A DNA stretch of 64,000 bases from Clostridia bacterium (GCA_017623475.1 JAGAPC010000038.1:20855-84854); one strand, 5' to 3'; counted from the stretch's first letter, positions 47,529-57,510 are shown. Notes: generated by a model not told the origin, from the letters alone. Made by a program: numbers and translations.

Positions 47529-47909
47529 ATGCCGCTGATTCGTCGAGGAGATATTTATTATGCGGATTTAAGCCCGGTGGTAGGATCGGAGCAAGGGGGA
47601 ATCCGACCGGTTTTGATCGTTCAGAACGACGTGGGCAACAAGCACAGCCCCACGGTCATCGCCGCCGCCATTACCAGCCGGATCAACAAAAACCGATTAC
47701 CTACCCACATTGAGGTCGATGCCCGAAATTACGGTCTTGCAAGGGATTCCATTATTCTGTTGGAGCAGATTCGGACGTTAGACAAGCGCCGATTAAAGGA
47801 ACGGATGGGGCATTTGGATCGGGATGCGATGGATCGGGTCGATCGCGCCATTTCCATCAGCTTTGGGCTGGAAACCTCTCCCCTTTCCCGGGAAGAACGA
47901 AACGCATAA
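47529..47909 (+). CDS. mazF: PemK/MazF (NdoA-like) endoribonuclease toxin, no adjacent antitoxin
   Basis: [52 protein letters not shown]. Confidence 0.95.
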   Translation: MPLIRRGDIYYADLSPVVGSEQGGIRPVLIVQNDVGNKHSPTVIAAAITSRINKNRLPTHIEVDARNYGLARDSIILLEQIRTLDKRRLKERMGHLDRDAMDRVDRAISISFGLETSPLSREERNA

Positions 47910-47912
47910 AAG

Positions 47913-47944
47913 AGAAAACCGCCGGATTTCCGGCGGTTGTTCTT
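47913..47944. terminator. Terminator between mazF and the convergent small peptide gene
   Basis: AACCGCCGGA-tt-TCCGGCGGTT stem. Confidence 0.7.
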
Positions 47945-47956
47945 ATGTGGGTTCCA

Positions 47957-48070
47957 TCAGCAGCAGCGGTCGTTGTCGCATCCGCAGCCGTTGTTGCCGT
48001 AAACGGCGAAGATAATAACGGCGGCGATAAGGACGGTCCAGAAATAGTAGTTGGTGTTGCAATTCATCAT
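47957..48070 (-). CDS. 37-aa hydrophobic, Cys-rich peptide (possible small sporulation protein); absent from ORF track
   Basis: MMNCNTNYYFWTVLIAAVIIFAVYGNNGCGCDNDRCC; AAGGAGG RBS; upstream CACA-N16-CATAAGAT; downstream terminator. Confidence 0.75.
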   Translation of the reverse strand: MMNCNTNYYFWTVLIAAVIIFAVYGNNGCGCDNDRCC

Positions 48071-48151
48071 AAGAAAGCCTCCTTGAATTCCAGGGGATTC
48101 TCGATCCCACTGTTCATGCCATCTTATGCGCGGGGAAAAAAATGTGTGAAA

Positions 48152-48769
48152 TCAATCGGAGGTGCGGATTACGGCGACCCGTCCCGCTTCGGCAGAGATC
48201 CTTGCCCGTTGCGAGCAGATCTCGTTACTGACCGCCAAGGGGAAATCGTAGGTCAAAACGGCGTTGCGAAGGGGATATTTAAACCCTTCCAGCGTCACGC
48301 CCCTGACCTCCGGAGTCAGAGCTAAAAGGGAAAGATACGAGGCGGTGCCGCGGGTGTATTCTTTGGAAAACGGAGCCTTCAGAACCTCAATCGACTGTTG
48401 TCCGTCACTCATGGAGGCTTCCGCCCCGTGGGAGATCAGAAAATTCAAGGTCTGAACGGCGCCGAGGGTGTGATCTAACCGACCGCCGATGCCCCCGGCG
48501 ATCAAAAACTCCCGAACGCCCCGATCCAGCCCAAGACGGGCGGCGAACATGGCGTCCGTATCGTCCTTTTCCGCAGGAAGACGGATGATTTCGGCATGAG
48601 TCGGCAATTCCCCCGAATAAGAATCAAAATCCCCCAATACGATCGACGGCGTAACTCCGCAGCGGCGGGCGTATTCCAACCCGGAATCGGCGCAGACGAT
48701 CACGTCGTCGGGGCGCAGCTGCCCGGGGGGAAGGGTGGATTTTGACCAACAGAAAATAACCCATCTCAT
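48152..48769 (-). CDS. thiN: Thiamine diphosphokinase
   Basis: CADSG, GDFDS, EKDDTD, GGRLDH, GFKYPL, AVSNE. Confidence 0.94.
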   Translation of the reverse strand: MRWVIFCWSKSTLPPGQLRPDDVIVCADSGLEYARRCGVTPSIVLGDFDSYSGELPTHAEIIRLPAEKDDTDAMFAARLGLDRGVREFLIAGGIGGRLDHTLGAVQTLNFLISHGAEASMSDGQQSIEVLKAPFSKEYTRGTASYLSLLALTPEVRGVTLEGFKYPLRNAVLTYDFPLAVSNEICSQRARISAEAGRVAVIRTSD

Positions 48770-49629
48770 TTGGCTACCTCCCATAGACGCAGGGGACCGA
48801 TCTCCTCGTACATCCGAAGATAATTTTCATATCGGGAACGGGGAATTTTCCCCTCGTCCGCCGCGGCACGGACGGAACAGCCCTTTTCCTTTCCGTGGGC
48901 GCAATCCCGAAAATAACATTCCCCCAAATAGGGTTCGAATTCCGGGAAATAATCGGACAAAAAAGAACGGTCGTACAAGCCGCAGGGGGCAAATTCCAAC
49001 TCGGAAAAGCCCGGGGTATCTGCCAAAAAGCCCCCTTCAAAGGGGTATAATTCCACCGCGCGGGTGGTATGTCTTCCCCGCTGCAATTTTCGGCTGATCT
49101 CCCCCGTTTGGCGGAGGAAATCCGGAGCAAGGGCGTTCATCAAGGTCGATTTTCCCACGCCGGAAAGTCCGGCAAAGGCGCTGATTTTATCCTTCATCAA
49201 AGCCCGAAGCGTATCTACGTTTTCCCCGGTTTTTGCGCAAACCGAGAAGCAGGGATATCCGATGGAGGAATAAATATCACGCACCGACAAAGGATCCTCC
49301 AGGTCGGTCTTATTCAAGACCAAAATGGGAGAAACCCCACAATGTCGGGCGATTACGGTAAGCTTATCCAGCGTATAAAGGTTCGGTAAGGGATCGGTCA
49401 GAGCGACGACGATCACCAGCTGATCGATATTTGCCACGGCAGGGCGGGGCAGTACGTTGCGGCGGGGGAGAATTTTGGTGATCACGCCGTCGGAAAATTC
49501 CACCTGATCCCCGACGTACAGAATATTGCGATCCCGCTTCAATCCGCCGCGGCCGCGACATTCATAGATCTGTCCGTCCCGAAAGACCTCGTAAAGCCCT
49601 CCGAGTCCGCGAATTACGATTCCTTCCAT
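48766..49629 (-). CDS. rsgA: Ribosome small subunit-dependent GTPase
   Basis: Circularly permuted NKTD / GLSGVGKS / GRHTT / DTPG and C-terminal Zn finger. Confidence 0.96.
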   Translation of the reverse strand: MEGIVIRGLGGLYEVFRDGQIYECRGRGGLKRDRNILYVGDQVEFSDGVITKILPRRNVLPRPAVANIDQLVIVVALTDPLPNLYTLDKLTVIARHCGVSPILVLNKTDLEDPLSVRDIYSSIGYPCFSVCAKTGENVDTLRALMKDKISAFAGLSGVGKSTLMNALAPDFLRQTGEISRKLQRGRHTTRAVELYPFEGGFLADTPGFSELEFAPCGLYDRSFLSDYFPEFEPYLGECYFRDCAHGKEKGCSVRAAADEGKIPRSRYENYLRMYEEIGPLRLWEVAK

Positions 49630-49630
49630 A

Positions 49631-51316
49631 TTATCCCGCAGACCCCGTTCCCTTGCTGACGGTGATGGTGATGGTTTCGGAAAGAGAGACCACCGAATCT
49701 GCCGGCACCGATTGAGAAATAACCTGTCCTTCGGGAACGTCGTCCTTTTGAACCTCGTTGATGGAAACGGAGGTCAATCCCTTTTTATAAAGCGCGGTAA
49801 TGGCGGTTTCCTTGGAAGATCCGATCAAATTGGGCATGATCGCCTCGGTGATGGCGGCGCGGACGTTGACGTAAATCGTGACGGTCGTACCCTCGGTCAC
49901 CTCGGTGCCTTCCGCCGGCTCGCACCGCAAAACGACGCCCTCGTCCAGGGCAACGTTGCCTACCTCGGTCTTGCGCAGGTATGTCAATCCTGCGTTTTTC
50001 AGCGCGGCGATGGCTTGATTTTCGGTTTTCCCGGAGATCTCCGGAATAACGATATTTCTGCCGCCCTTACTGATGACGAGGGTAATTTCCGACCCGGAAA
50101 CCACCGATTCTCCGTAGGTGGGGGATTGCTCCAAGACGATCCCCTCCTCCACGGCGTTGTCAAATTCATATTGAAGGTTGAATTTAAAGTTTTTTGCCAC
50201 CTCGTAGCTTGCCTCAATATCGTCGTAGGACATCCCGACGTATTGGGGAACGTTGACGTATTCCTGGTACAGATTGGAGACGACGGCAACCATCAATCCG
50301 ACGCCCGAAAAGACCAGCAACGCGGAAAGCAGAAGGGCGCAGATCACCGAAAGCTGATTGTTGCGGGCAAACACGTAGGTATCGTCGTCTTCGGGATAAA
50401 GGGCGCGGAAAAATCCCGCAATTCCCTTGCGTTTTTTCGTATTCTTCCCCGGAACGCGGTATTCCTTCGGATAGGGGAACAGGGCGTCGGGATCTGCCTC
50501 CAGAGCTTCCAGATCGTTGAGCATTTCCGTAGCGTCCTGATACCGTTGGGAGGGATTTTTCGCCATAGCGCGGAAGATGACCTGCTGGAATCCGATGGGC
50601 AATTCCGGAATCAGCTTACAGGGAGGATACGGAGGCTTTTCCACCTGCATCCGAGCAACGTCCACGGGAGAGGGGGCGTCGAAGGGAAGCTTTCCGGTAA
50701 GCATGGCGTACATCATAACGCCCACGGAATAAAGGTCGGATCGGTTGTCGGTAACGTCGCCCTTTGCCTGCTCGGGGGAAATATAATGTACCGATCCCAC
50801 CGCCTCGTCGGAGATGGAATCGTCCTCAAAGCTGGGCACCGTGGCAATTCCGAAATCGGTGACCTTTACCGTGGCATCGGACAAAAGAAGAATGTTTTCG
50901 GGCTTGATATCGTGATGCACCACGCCACGCTCGTGGGCGTGGGACAGGGCGCTTAAAATCTGACGAAGATAGTGGATAGTCTCTTCGGGAGAAAGGGTGC
51001 GCTTCTGATCCATCCGATCCTTCAGCGTAACGCCGTCCACGTATTCCATGACGATATACTGCAGGCGTCCCTCGAAATTTACGTCGCAGACGTTAACGAT
51101 GTTGGGATGGGACATCAGGGCGATGGCGCGGGATTCGTTATAAAAACGGCGGCGGGACTCCTGATCCCCCAGACGGTCGGCGCGCAGAACCTTCAGAGAA
51201 ACCTCCCGTCCCTCCAAAAGATCGTGAGCACGGAAAACGACGGACATTCCGCCGACCCCCAAGGTATTCCGAATCTGATAGCGATTGTTGACAATACTTC
51301 CGATCAGCTGTTTCAT
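49631..51316 (-). CDS. prkC: PASTA-domain Ser/Thr kinase PrkC/PknB
   Basis: GVGGMS, LKVL, HHDIKPEN, DFG, SVHYISPEQ; TM helix; three PASTA repeats. Confidence 0.94.
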   Translation of the reverse strand: MKQLIGSIVNNRYQIRNTLGVGGMSVVFRAHDLLEGREVSLKVLRADRLGDQESRRRFYNESRAIALMSHPNIVNVCDVNFEGRLQYIVMEYVDGVTLKDRMDQKRTLSPEETIHYLRQILSALSHAHERGVVHHDIKPENILLLSDATVKVTDFGIATVPSFEDDSISDEAVGSVHYISPEQAKGDVTDNRSDLYSVGVMMYAMLTGKLPFDAPSPVDVARMQVEKPPYPPCKLIPELPIGFQQVIFRAMAKNPSQRYQDATEMLNDLEALEADPDALFPYPKEYRVPGKNTKKRKGIAGFFRALYPEDDDTYVFARNNQLSVICALLLSALLVFSGVGLMVAVVSNLYQEYVNVPQYVGMSYDDIEASYEVAKNFKFNLQYEFDNAVEEGIVLEQSPTYGESVVSGSEITLVISKGGRNIVIPEISGKTENQAIAALKNAGLTYLRKTEVGNVALDEGVVLRCEPAEGTEVTEGTTVTIYVNVRAAITEAIMPNLIGSSKETAITALYKKGLTSVSINEVQKDDVPEGQVISQSVPADSVVSLSETITITVSKGTGSAG

Positions 51317-52065
51317 TTCAGGCTCGCCTCCGTTTCATCTTCATACAAAATCCCGACGGTGATATTGTCGGGTCCTCCCCCTTCCAGGGCTTTGGAAATC
51401 AGCGCCGAAGCGAGGTGTTCGGGGGGATTTTCCCGAAGGATCTCCGACAGTGCGGCGTCATCCACCGGAACGGTCAAGCCGTCGGTGCAAAGTAAAAATA
51501 GGTCTCCGCTGCGAAGATCGGAAAAGACGATCTCCGGCTGGGAATCCTCCGCGTACCCCAGGGTGCGGGTAATCACGTTGCGGCGGGGATGCTTTTGACT
51601 TTCTTCCGCGGAAATCTCTCCCCGATCGATCATTTCCTGCACCAGGGAATGATCCTTGGTCAAACGGCGGAGCGTTCCGTTGCGGTACAGATAGGCACGG
51701 CTGTCCCCCACGTGGGCGATACAGACCTTTTTCCCCAAACGGACCGCCAGCACGACCGTAGAGCCCATGCCGGCAAATTCGGGAGATTCCGCGCCGGTTT
51801 GTGCGATCAGCAGGCTGACCCGGGCGATGACGTCCGAAAGGATCGATTTTAATTCCTTGGTTCGCACGGACGGAGTCAGACGATGGGTTAAAAGCTCGTA
51901 AAAGCCGCGCACGGCAATCTCCGAAGCCACGTTTCCGCCTCGGTGACCGCCCATACCGTCACAAACGACCAAAAACTGCACGTCGGAATTCAGCCGTCCC
52001 TGACAGAAGGCGTCCTGGTTGGAGGCGCGCTTTTTTCCCACGTCGGTCATCACGTAAGATTTCAC
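51313..52065 (-). CDS. prpC: PP2C Ser/Thr phosphatase Stp1/PrpC
   Basis: NQDA, CDGMGGH, HVGDSR, CTDGL, GGPDNIT. Confidence 0.95.
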   Translation of the reverse strand: MKSYVMTDVGKKRASNQDAFCQGRLNSDVQFLVVCDGMGGHRGGNVASEIAVRGFYELLTHRLTPSVRTKELKSILSDVIARVSLLIAQTGAESPEFAGMGSTVVLAVRLGKKVCIAHVGDSRAYLYRNGTLRRLTKDHSLVQEMIDRGEISAEESQKHPRRNVITRTLGYAEDSQPEIVFSDLRSGDLFLLCTDGLTVPVDDAALSEILRENPPEHLASALISKALEGGGPDNITVGILYEDETEASLK

Positions 52066-52107
52066 GGTAAAAGATCCCTTTCTTTCTTGAGAAAATCAGA
52101 GGAAAAA

Positions 52108-53139
52108 TCAGTTTTTATGCTCTCGTTCGAAGCGAGCGCGTAATTGTCCGCAGGATGCGTCGATATCCTTGCCCAATTTTCGGCGGCAGGTTACGTTGAT
52201 CCCCTGCTCGGACAAAAGAGAAGAAAAACGGCGGATCCGATCGGGGGTGGAGGGTTGAAAATCCCGTTCGTCCACGTGATTCATGGGAATCAAATTGACG
52301 TGCGCCAATTTTCCCTTCAGGCGGCGGGCAAGCAAACGGGCGTGGTCGGGGGTATCGTTGACCCCGTTGATCATGATGTATTCGTAAGAAATGCGGCGGC
52401 CGGTGGCGGCAAGATAGCGGTCGCAGGCGGCAAGCAATTCCTCCACGGGATAAGTACGGTTGATCGGCATGAGAAGGTTTCTCGTCTCGTTATCAGGAGC
52501 GTGGAGAGATACCGAAAGGGTGATCTGCAAATTCTCCGCCGCCAAGCGGTCGATCTTGGGAACCAAGCCGCAGGTGGAGACCGAAATATGCCGCTGGCTC
52601 ATGCCAAACCCTTTGGGAGAAGTGAGATTTCGGATAAAGGTGACCAGGTTATCGTAGTTATCCAGGGGCTCGCCGACCCCCATGACCACCACGTGGGAGA
52701 CCGGGTCGGTACGGTTGATATAGGTGATCTGGGCAAGCATCTCCCCTGCCGTCAGATTCCGAACCCTTCCTTTCAAGGTCGAGGCACAGAAGCGGCACCC
52801 CATATTGCACCCGACCTGAGACGAGATGCAGACGGAATTTCCGTGCTCGTACCGCATCAGAACCGTTTCCACGTGATTTCCGTCGGCAAGACGGAAAAGA
52901 TATTTTTTCGTGCCGTCCGACGACCGGCTGCACGCGGCTTGCTCTACGGTGGCAAGGGTACAGGTTTGGTTTAATTTTTCCCGAAGATCCTTGGACAGAT
53001 CGGACATTTCGTCAAAGGACGAAACGCCCCGTGCCAGCCAGCGGTAAATCTGTCCGCCGCGAAAGGACGGAAGCCCGAAGGCTTGGACCGCTTCGGTCAA
53101 GGATTCCAAGGTGAGGGATGAAAGATCGATCTTTTCCAA
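52108..53139 (-). CDS. rlmN: 23S rRNA m2A2503 methyltransferase
   Basis: CISSQVGCNMGCRFC, MGVGEP, DIDASCGQL. Confidence 0.96.
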   Translation of the reverse strand: MEKIDLSSLTLESLTEAVQAFGLPSFRGGQIYRWLARGVSSFDEMSDLSKDLREKLNQTCTLATVEQAACSRSSDGTKKYLFRLADGNHVETVLMRYEHGNSVCISSQVGCNMGCRFCASTLKGRVRNLTAGEMLAQITYINRTDPVSHVVVMGVGEPLDNYDNLVTFIRNLTSPKGFGMSQRHISVSTCGLVPKIDRLAAENLQITLSVSLHAPDNETRNLLMPINRTYPVEELLAACDRYLAATGRRISYEYIMINGVNDTPDHARLLARRLKGKLAHVNLIPMNHVDERDFQPSTPDRIRRFSSLLSEQGINVTCRRKLGKDIDASCGQLRARFEREHKN

Positions 53140-53142
53140 ATT

Positions 53143-53844
53143 TTATCTCCTGCGCCGATTTCCGGAAATGATGATAAGGTAACGGAACAGCTGCAACAAC
53201 GAGGTAAGAAGGGCAACGACGTAGGTCATGGCGGCGGCGGTAAGAACCTTTTTTGCCCCGGCAAGCTCCTCCTCGTCCAGATATCCCCCCTCCAGCACGG
53301 CAAGGGCGCGGTTGGAGGCGTTGAACTCCACCGGGAGGGTGACGAGCTGGAACAACACCGTAACTCCGAACAGAACAACGCCTGCAAGGGCGACGATTTC
53401 GCTCAACAAAAGCCCGATAAAAATCAAGATCCAGGAAAAGGTGGAGGCAAAATTGGTGACCGGAACGAGGGCGTTGCGGAATTTGATGGGGGCGTACCCC
53501 TCGTGATACTGAACGGCGTGCCCCGCCTCGTGGGCGGCGATGCCCAGGGCAGAAACCGACGTGGAATCGAAAACTCCGCCCGAAAGCCCGATATATTTTT
53601 CCTTGGGATTATAGTGGTCGGAAAGATTTCCGGGGATTTTTTTGACCGTTACGTCGTAGATCCCGTTCGCCTGCAAAATCTGCTCGGCGATTTGCGCCCC
53701 GGTCATTCCCCTGCGGGTGAGCACCTTGGAATATTTTTTGTAATTGGACTGCACCGCAGCGGATGCGACGGCGGAAAGGATCACGATCGGCAGCATCCAG
53801 ATCAGATAGCCGCCGTAGCCGGAATAGTAAAACGATGCAAGCAT
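53143..53844 (-). CDS. YugP-family membrane zinc metallopeptidase
   Basis: LSDHYNP, AAHEAGHAVQ, TLPVEFNAS.RA, AAAMTYV. Confidence 0.92.
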   Translation of the reverse strand: MLASFYYSGYGGYLIWMLPIVILSAVASAAVQSNYKKYSKVLTRRGMTGAQIAEQILQANGIYDVTVKKIPGNLSDHYNPKEKYIGLSGGVFDSTSVSALGIAAHEAGHAVQYHEGYAPIKFRNALVPVTNFASTFSWILIFIGLLLSEIVALAGVVLFGVTVLFQLVTLPVEFNASNRALAVLEGGYLDEEELAGAKKVLTAAAMTYVVALLTSLLQLFRYLIIISGNRRRR

Positions 53845-53854
53845 AGAAAACCTC

Positions 53855-54766
53855 TTATTCGAATCGGTCGTTGCGGTTTCCCGCACAAAAGCTTTCCCCG
53901 GACATGGGCTTTTTGCCCTCGGGCTGAACGGTTTTGAGGCGGATTCCTCCGTCGGAGACCTTGATGATCAAGTGCTTTTTATCCACGATCGTGCCGTTGG
54001 GCGCGTCCCATGTACCGTCGATGGGCTCGGATTCCAGGATCTTGACGTTTTTCCCTCCGCAAAGGGCGAAGGCGCAGGGATCGGGAGCAAGCCCCCGAAT
54101 TCGGTTGTGCAACGCCATTTTTCCCAGGTTAAAATCCAACCTGCGGGTTTCCTTGGTAATCATGGACGCGTAGCAGGTCTCCCCCGTTTGAGGAATTCGG
54201 GGGGCAGTACCGGAAGAGATCACGGCGACGGTTTTGACTAAAAGCTCGCCGCCGATCTGAGCCAGACGGTCGTGAAGAAGCCCGAAATTATCCTCCGGAG
54301 TGATGGGAGTGGGTGCCTTCAAGATCATATCCCCCGTATCCAGCCCTTCGTCCATATACATGGTGGTAACGCCGGTTTCGGTCTGTCCGTCGATCAGCAC
54401 GTGGTTGACCGGAGCAGCTCCGCGGTACAGGGGCAACAGAGAGCCGTGGACGTTGATGCAACCCAATTTCGGGTAATGCAAAACGTAGGGCGGAAGAATT
54501 TTTCCGTACGCCACGACCACGATCAGATCGGGGTTCAATTCCTGTAATAACGGTAAAATCGCCTCGTCCTTTAGTGTCTCCGGAGTTTCCACCCGGTATT
54601 CTTTTTCCAAGGCAAATTCCTTAACCGGGGTGCAGGTCATTTTGTATCCGCGCCCCTTGGGTCGGTCCGGCTGGGTAATCACGCAGCACACATCTGCCCC
54701 GGAATCGTGAAGCGCCCGAAGGCTTTCCACGGCGAAGGGAGAGGTTCCCATAAATAAAATTTTCAT
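53855..54766 (-). CDS. fmt: Methionyl-tRNA formyltransferase
   Basis: FMGTSPFA, TQPDRPKGRG, NVHGSLLP.YRGAAP, GLDTGD. Confidence 0.96.
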   Translation of the reverse strand: MKILFMGTSPFAVESLRALHDSGADVCCVITQPDRPKGRGYKMTCTPVKEFALEKEYRVETPETLKDEAILPLLQELNPDLIVVVAYGKILPPYVLHYPKLGCINVHGSLLPLYRGAAPVNHVLIDGQTETGVTTMYMDEGLDTGDMILKAPTPITPEDNFGLLHDRLAQIGGELLVKTVAVISSGTAPRIPQTGETCYASMITKETRRLDFNLGKMALHNRIRGLAPDPCAFALCGGKNVKILESEPIDGTWDAPNGTIVDKKHLIIKVSDGGIRLKTVQPEGKKPMSGESFCAGNRNDRFE

Positions 54767-54774
54767 AATCGTCC

Positions 54775-55236
54775 TCAATCGTCAATTTGAACGTATTCGG
54801 TGACCCGTTCCCGATACAGATGACCGTCCAAATGATCCACCTCGTGGCAGAAGCAGACGGCGACGATGCCGGTACGGGTATATTTGACCGGGTTGCCGTA
54901 TTCGTCTTGCGCTTCCACGGTGACCTTGGCGGGGCGGAGGGTTTTCCCCCAAACGCCGGGAACGGAAAGACATCCCTCCGTGGGGGTTTGGGTTCCTTCC
55001 GTATGGGTGATGACCGGGTTGACGAGAACCAACACCTCGTCGTCATCGTCCAGCACCAGAACCAGCCGCTTCAAAATACCCACCTGGGGGGCGGCAAGCC
55101 CTGCGCCGTTGGCTTTTGCAAGGGTGTCCTTCATATCCTGCACGAGGGTGCGGAGACGGTCGTCAAATACGGTAACGGGACGGCAAACCTTGGTTAAGAT
55201 TTCGTCCCCTTCTTTTACGATGTTACGGATTGCCAT
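54775..55236 (-). CDS. def: Peptide deformylase
   Basis: GAGLAAPQVG, EGCLS, HEVDHLDG. Confidence 0.96.
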   Translation of the reverse strand: MAIRNIVKEGDEILTKVCRPVTVFDDRLRTLVQDMKDTLAKANGAGLAAPQVGILKRLVLVLDDDDEVLVLVNPVITHTEGTQTPTEGCLSVPGVWGKTLRPAKVTVEAQDEYGNPVKYTRTGIVAVCFCHEVDHLDGHLYRERVTEYVQIDD

Positions 55237-55260
55237 AGTGTTAACTTCCTTTCCGGAAAA

Positions 55261-57489
55261 TCAGAGAATATTGACGGGATTCATATCTGCGGTGATTGTC
55301 ACGTCCCGGTTTTCCTTCCGGGAACGGAACTGATCGAGAAGGTCGGAGATCATCTGCCGCTGCGGGCGGGTATCCTTGCATTTCATCAGCACCCGAACCC
55401 TGGTTTTTCCCCCGACGAGGGGGACGGCGGTCACTTTGGGAAGAATCAAACGAACGGGGAACGATTCGGGATCGTCCTTGGTCTTTTTCCGAACATCCTC
55501 GGAAAAATCGTTGGCGGCGCGAAACGCCTCGGACTCCGTATCCGCAAGAAAACAAAACTGACAAAGATCGCAATAGGGCGGGTACAGAAGAGATTTGCGA
55601 AGCGCCATTTCTTCCCGATAAAATTTTTGATAATCCTGCGCAAAGGAATAGTGCAGAACGTAGTGGGCGGGGGAATAGGTCTGAACCACGGCTCTCCCCT
55701 CCTTGTCCGCCCTGCCGGCGCGCCCGACCACTTGGGTGAGCAGGGAAAAGGTTTTTTCAAAGGCGCGGAAATCCGACGTATAAAGCGACATATCCGCATT
55801 CAGAACACCCACCAGGGTAACGTCGGGGAAATCCAGCCCCTTCGTAATCATCTGCGTGCCGAGAAGCACGTCGTATTTTTTATCCCGAAAATCGTTTAAA
55901 ATTCCCTCCCGGGTGTATTTCCCGCCGACGGTGTCCGCGTCCATACGGCAGACGCGGATTCCCGGGAACAGGCGTTGTAATTCTTCCTCCGCCTTTTGGG
56001 TTCCGACTCCGCTGTAAAGAAGGCGTTTTCCGCCGCAAGAGGCGCAGGTGGAGAGGTATCCGGTGGAATATCCGCAATAATTGCAGACCACCCGATTGTT
56101 GTAGGAATGATAGGTCATGGCGATGCCGCAATGGGGGCATTTGACCACCGTATTGCAGGAGGTACAGGTGATGTGGGATTGATATCCCCGGCGGTTCATA
56201 AATAAAATGGTCTGCTCTCCCCGGGCAAGGTTCTTTTCCAGCTCCAGCCCCAGGGTTTTGCCGATGCAGGAACGGTTGCCGGACATCATTTCCCGACGGA
56301 GATCCGCCACCAAAACCTTCGGCAACGGCTTTCCGTTGAAGCGCTCGGTCAGTTGCTCAAACCCGATTATTCCGTTGGTTGCACGGTAATAGCTTTCAAA
56401 GGAGGGGGTGGCAGAGGCGAGCAGTAAAAGTCCCTTCCCCAGCGCAACCCGATAGGCGGCAACCTCCCTGGCGTGATAGCGGGGAGACGCTTCGGATTTG
56501 TAGGTATGCTCCTGCTCCTCGTCGATGATAAACAGAGATCCCTCGGACACCGGCGCAAAGACGGCAGATCGGGTTCCGATCACGACCTTGGCTTCCCCGG
56601 AACGGATCCGACGCCATTCGTCGTGGCGCTCGCCCATGGAAAGTCCGCTGTGGAGCACCGCCAGAGATTGACCGTAATGGGCGTAAAGCCGATTGACGAT
56701 CTGCAGGGTCAGAGAAATTTCGGGAATCATCAAAACCGCCTGCTTGCCTTGGTTCAAAGCCTCGTCAATGAGACGGATAAAAACGTGGGTCTTTCCGCTT
56801 CCGGTAACGCCGTAAAGCAGGTGGGTTTTTCCGCTGTTGAGATCGGAAATCAGCCGATCGGCGGCAACGGTCTGTTCTTCGTTAAGAACCACCTTGGGGG
56901 GTGTTTCGGGAATGGGGCGGTCTTTTAAGGGATTGCGGAGAACCTCGGCTTTTTCCAGCAGGATCAAGCCCTTTTTGGCAAGGGTTTTTACGACCGATTC
57001 GCTTACTCCCGCCATGTAGGTCAGCTCCTTGACGGTCATCTGCCCCTCTTCCAGCAAAAAGCCCAAAACGTCACAATGCTTGCGGTTCGTATAATGGGCT
57101 TCCATATAGGCGGCGGCAGCGCCCTCGTCGGGAACGGAGGCTGACATCACGGACTTTGCAGATCCGCCGAAGACCCCCGTGGGCAACAGGCATCGGGCTG
57201 CCTCAAACCAGGTGCAAAAGTACCGATCCCGCAGATAGCGGATCAGAGAAAGTGCCTCGGAGGAAAGATAACATTCCCCCACCGAAAGCACGGTTTTTAG
57301 TTTTTCCGGCGGCGTTCCGTCCTTGGGGGCATCCCCCAAAATCACGCCCCGAACCGGGTGATTTCCACGACCGAAGGGCACGGTAACGACACTGCCCACG
57401 GGGGCAGAAACGCCCTCGGCAAGCAGATATTCGTACAGTTTATCCGCAGAACGGGGAATCCCCTCTACGGCAACGCCCACAGAGATCAT
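55261..57489 (-). CDS. priA: Primosomal protein N'
   Basis: GVTGSGKT, DEEQE, SATP, Cys-rich region, QVVGRAGR. Confidence 0.96.
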   Translation of the reverse strand: MISVGVAVEGIPRSADKLYEYLLAEGVSAPVGSVVTVPFGRGNHPVRGVILGDAPKDGTPPEKLKTVLSVGECYLSSEALSLIRYLRDRYFCTWFEAARCLLPTGVFGGSAKSVMSASVPDEGAAAAYMEAHYTNRKHCDVLGFLLEEGQMTVKELTYMAGVSESVVKTLAKKGLILLEKAEVLRNPLKDRPIPETPPKVVLNEEQTVAADRLISDLNSGKTHLLYGVTGSGKTHVFIRLIDEALNQGKQAVLMIPEISLTLQIVNRLYAHYGQSLAVLHSGLSMGERHDEWRRIRSGEAKVVIGTRSAVFAPVSEGSLFIIDEEQEHTYKSEASPRYHAREVAAYRVALGKGLLLLASATPSFESYYRATNGIIGFEQLTERFNGKPLPKVLVADLRREMMSGNRSCIGKTLGLELEKNLARGEQTILFMNRRGYQSHITCTSCNTVVKCPHCGIAMTYHSYNNRVVCNYCGYSTGYLSTCASCGGKRLLYSGVGTQKAEEELQRLFPGIRVCRMDADTVGGKYTREGILNDFRDKKYDVLLGTQMITKGLDFPDVTLVGVLNADMSLYTSDFRAFEKTFSLLTQVVGRAGRADKEGRAVVQTYSPAHYVLHYSFAQDYQKFYREEMALRKSLLYPPYCDLCQFCFLADTESEAFRAANDFSEDVRKKTKDDPESFPVRLILPKVTAVPLVGGKTRVRVLMKCKDTRPQRQMISDLLDQFRSRKENRDVTITADMNPVNIL

Positions 57490-57510
57490 GGTAAAAGCTC
57501 CCGAAAAAAA

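Noticed and set aside
47945-48325. 126-aa + strand ORF after mazF as a possible antitoxin
   Set aside because: Lies past the mazF terminator and is the antisense of the Cys-rich peptide and thiN; no antitoxin features
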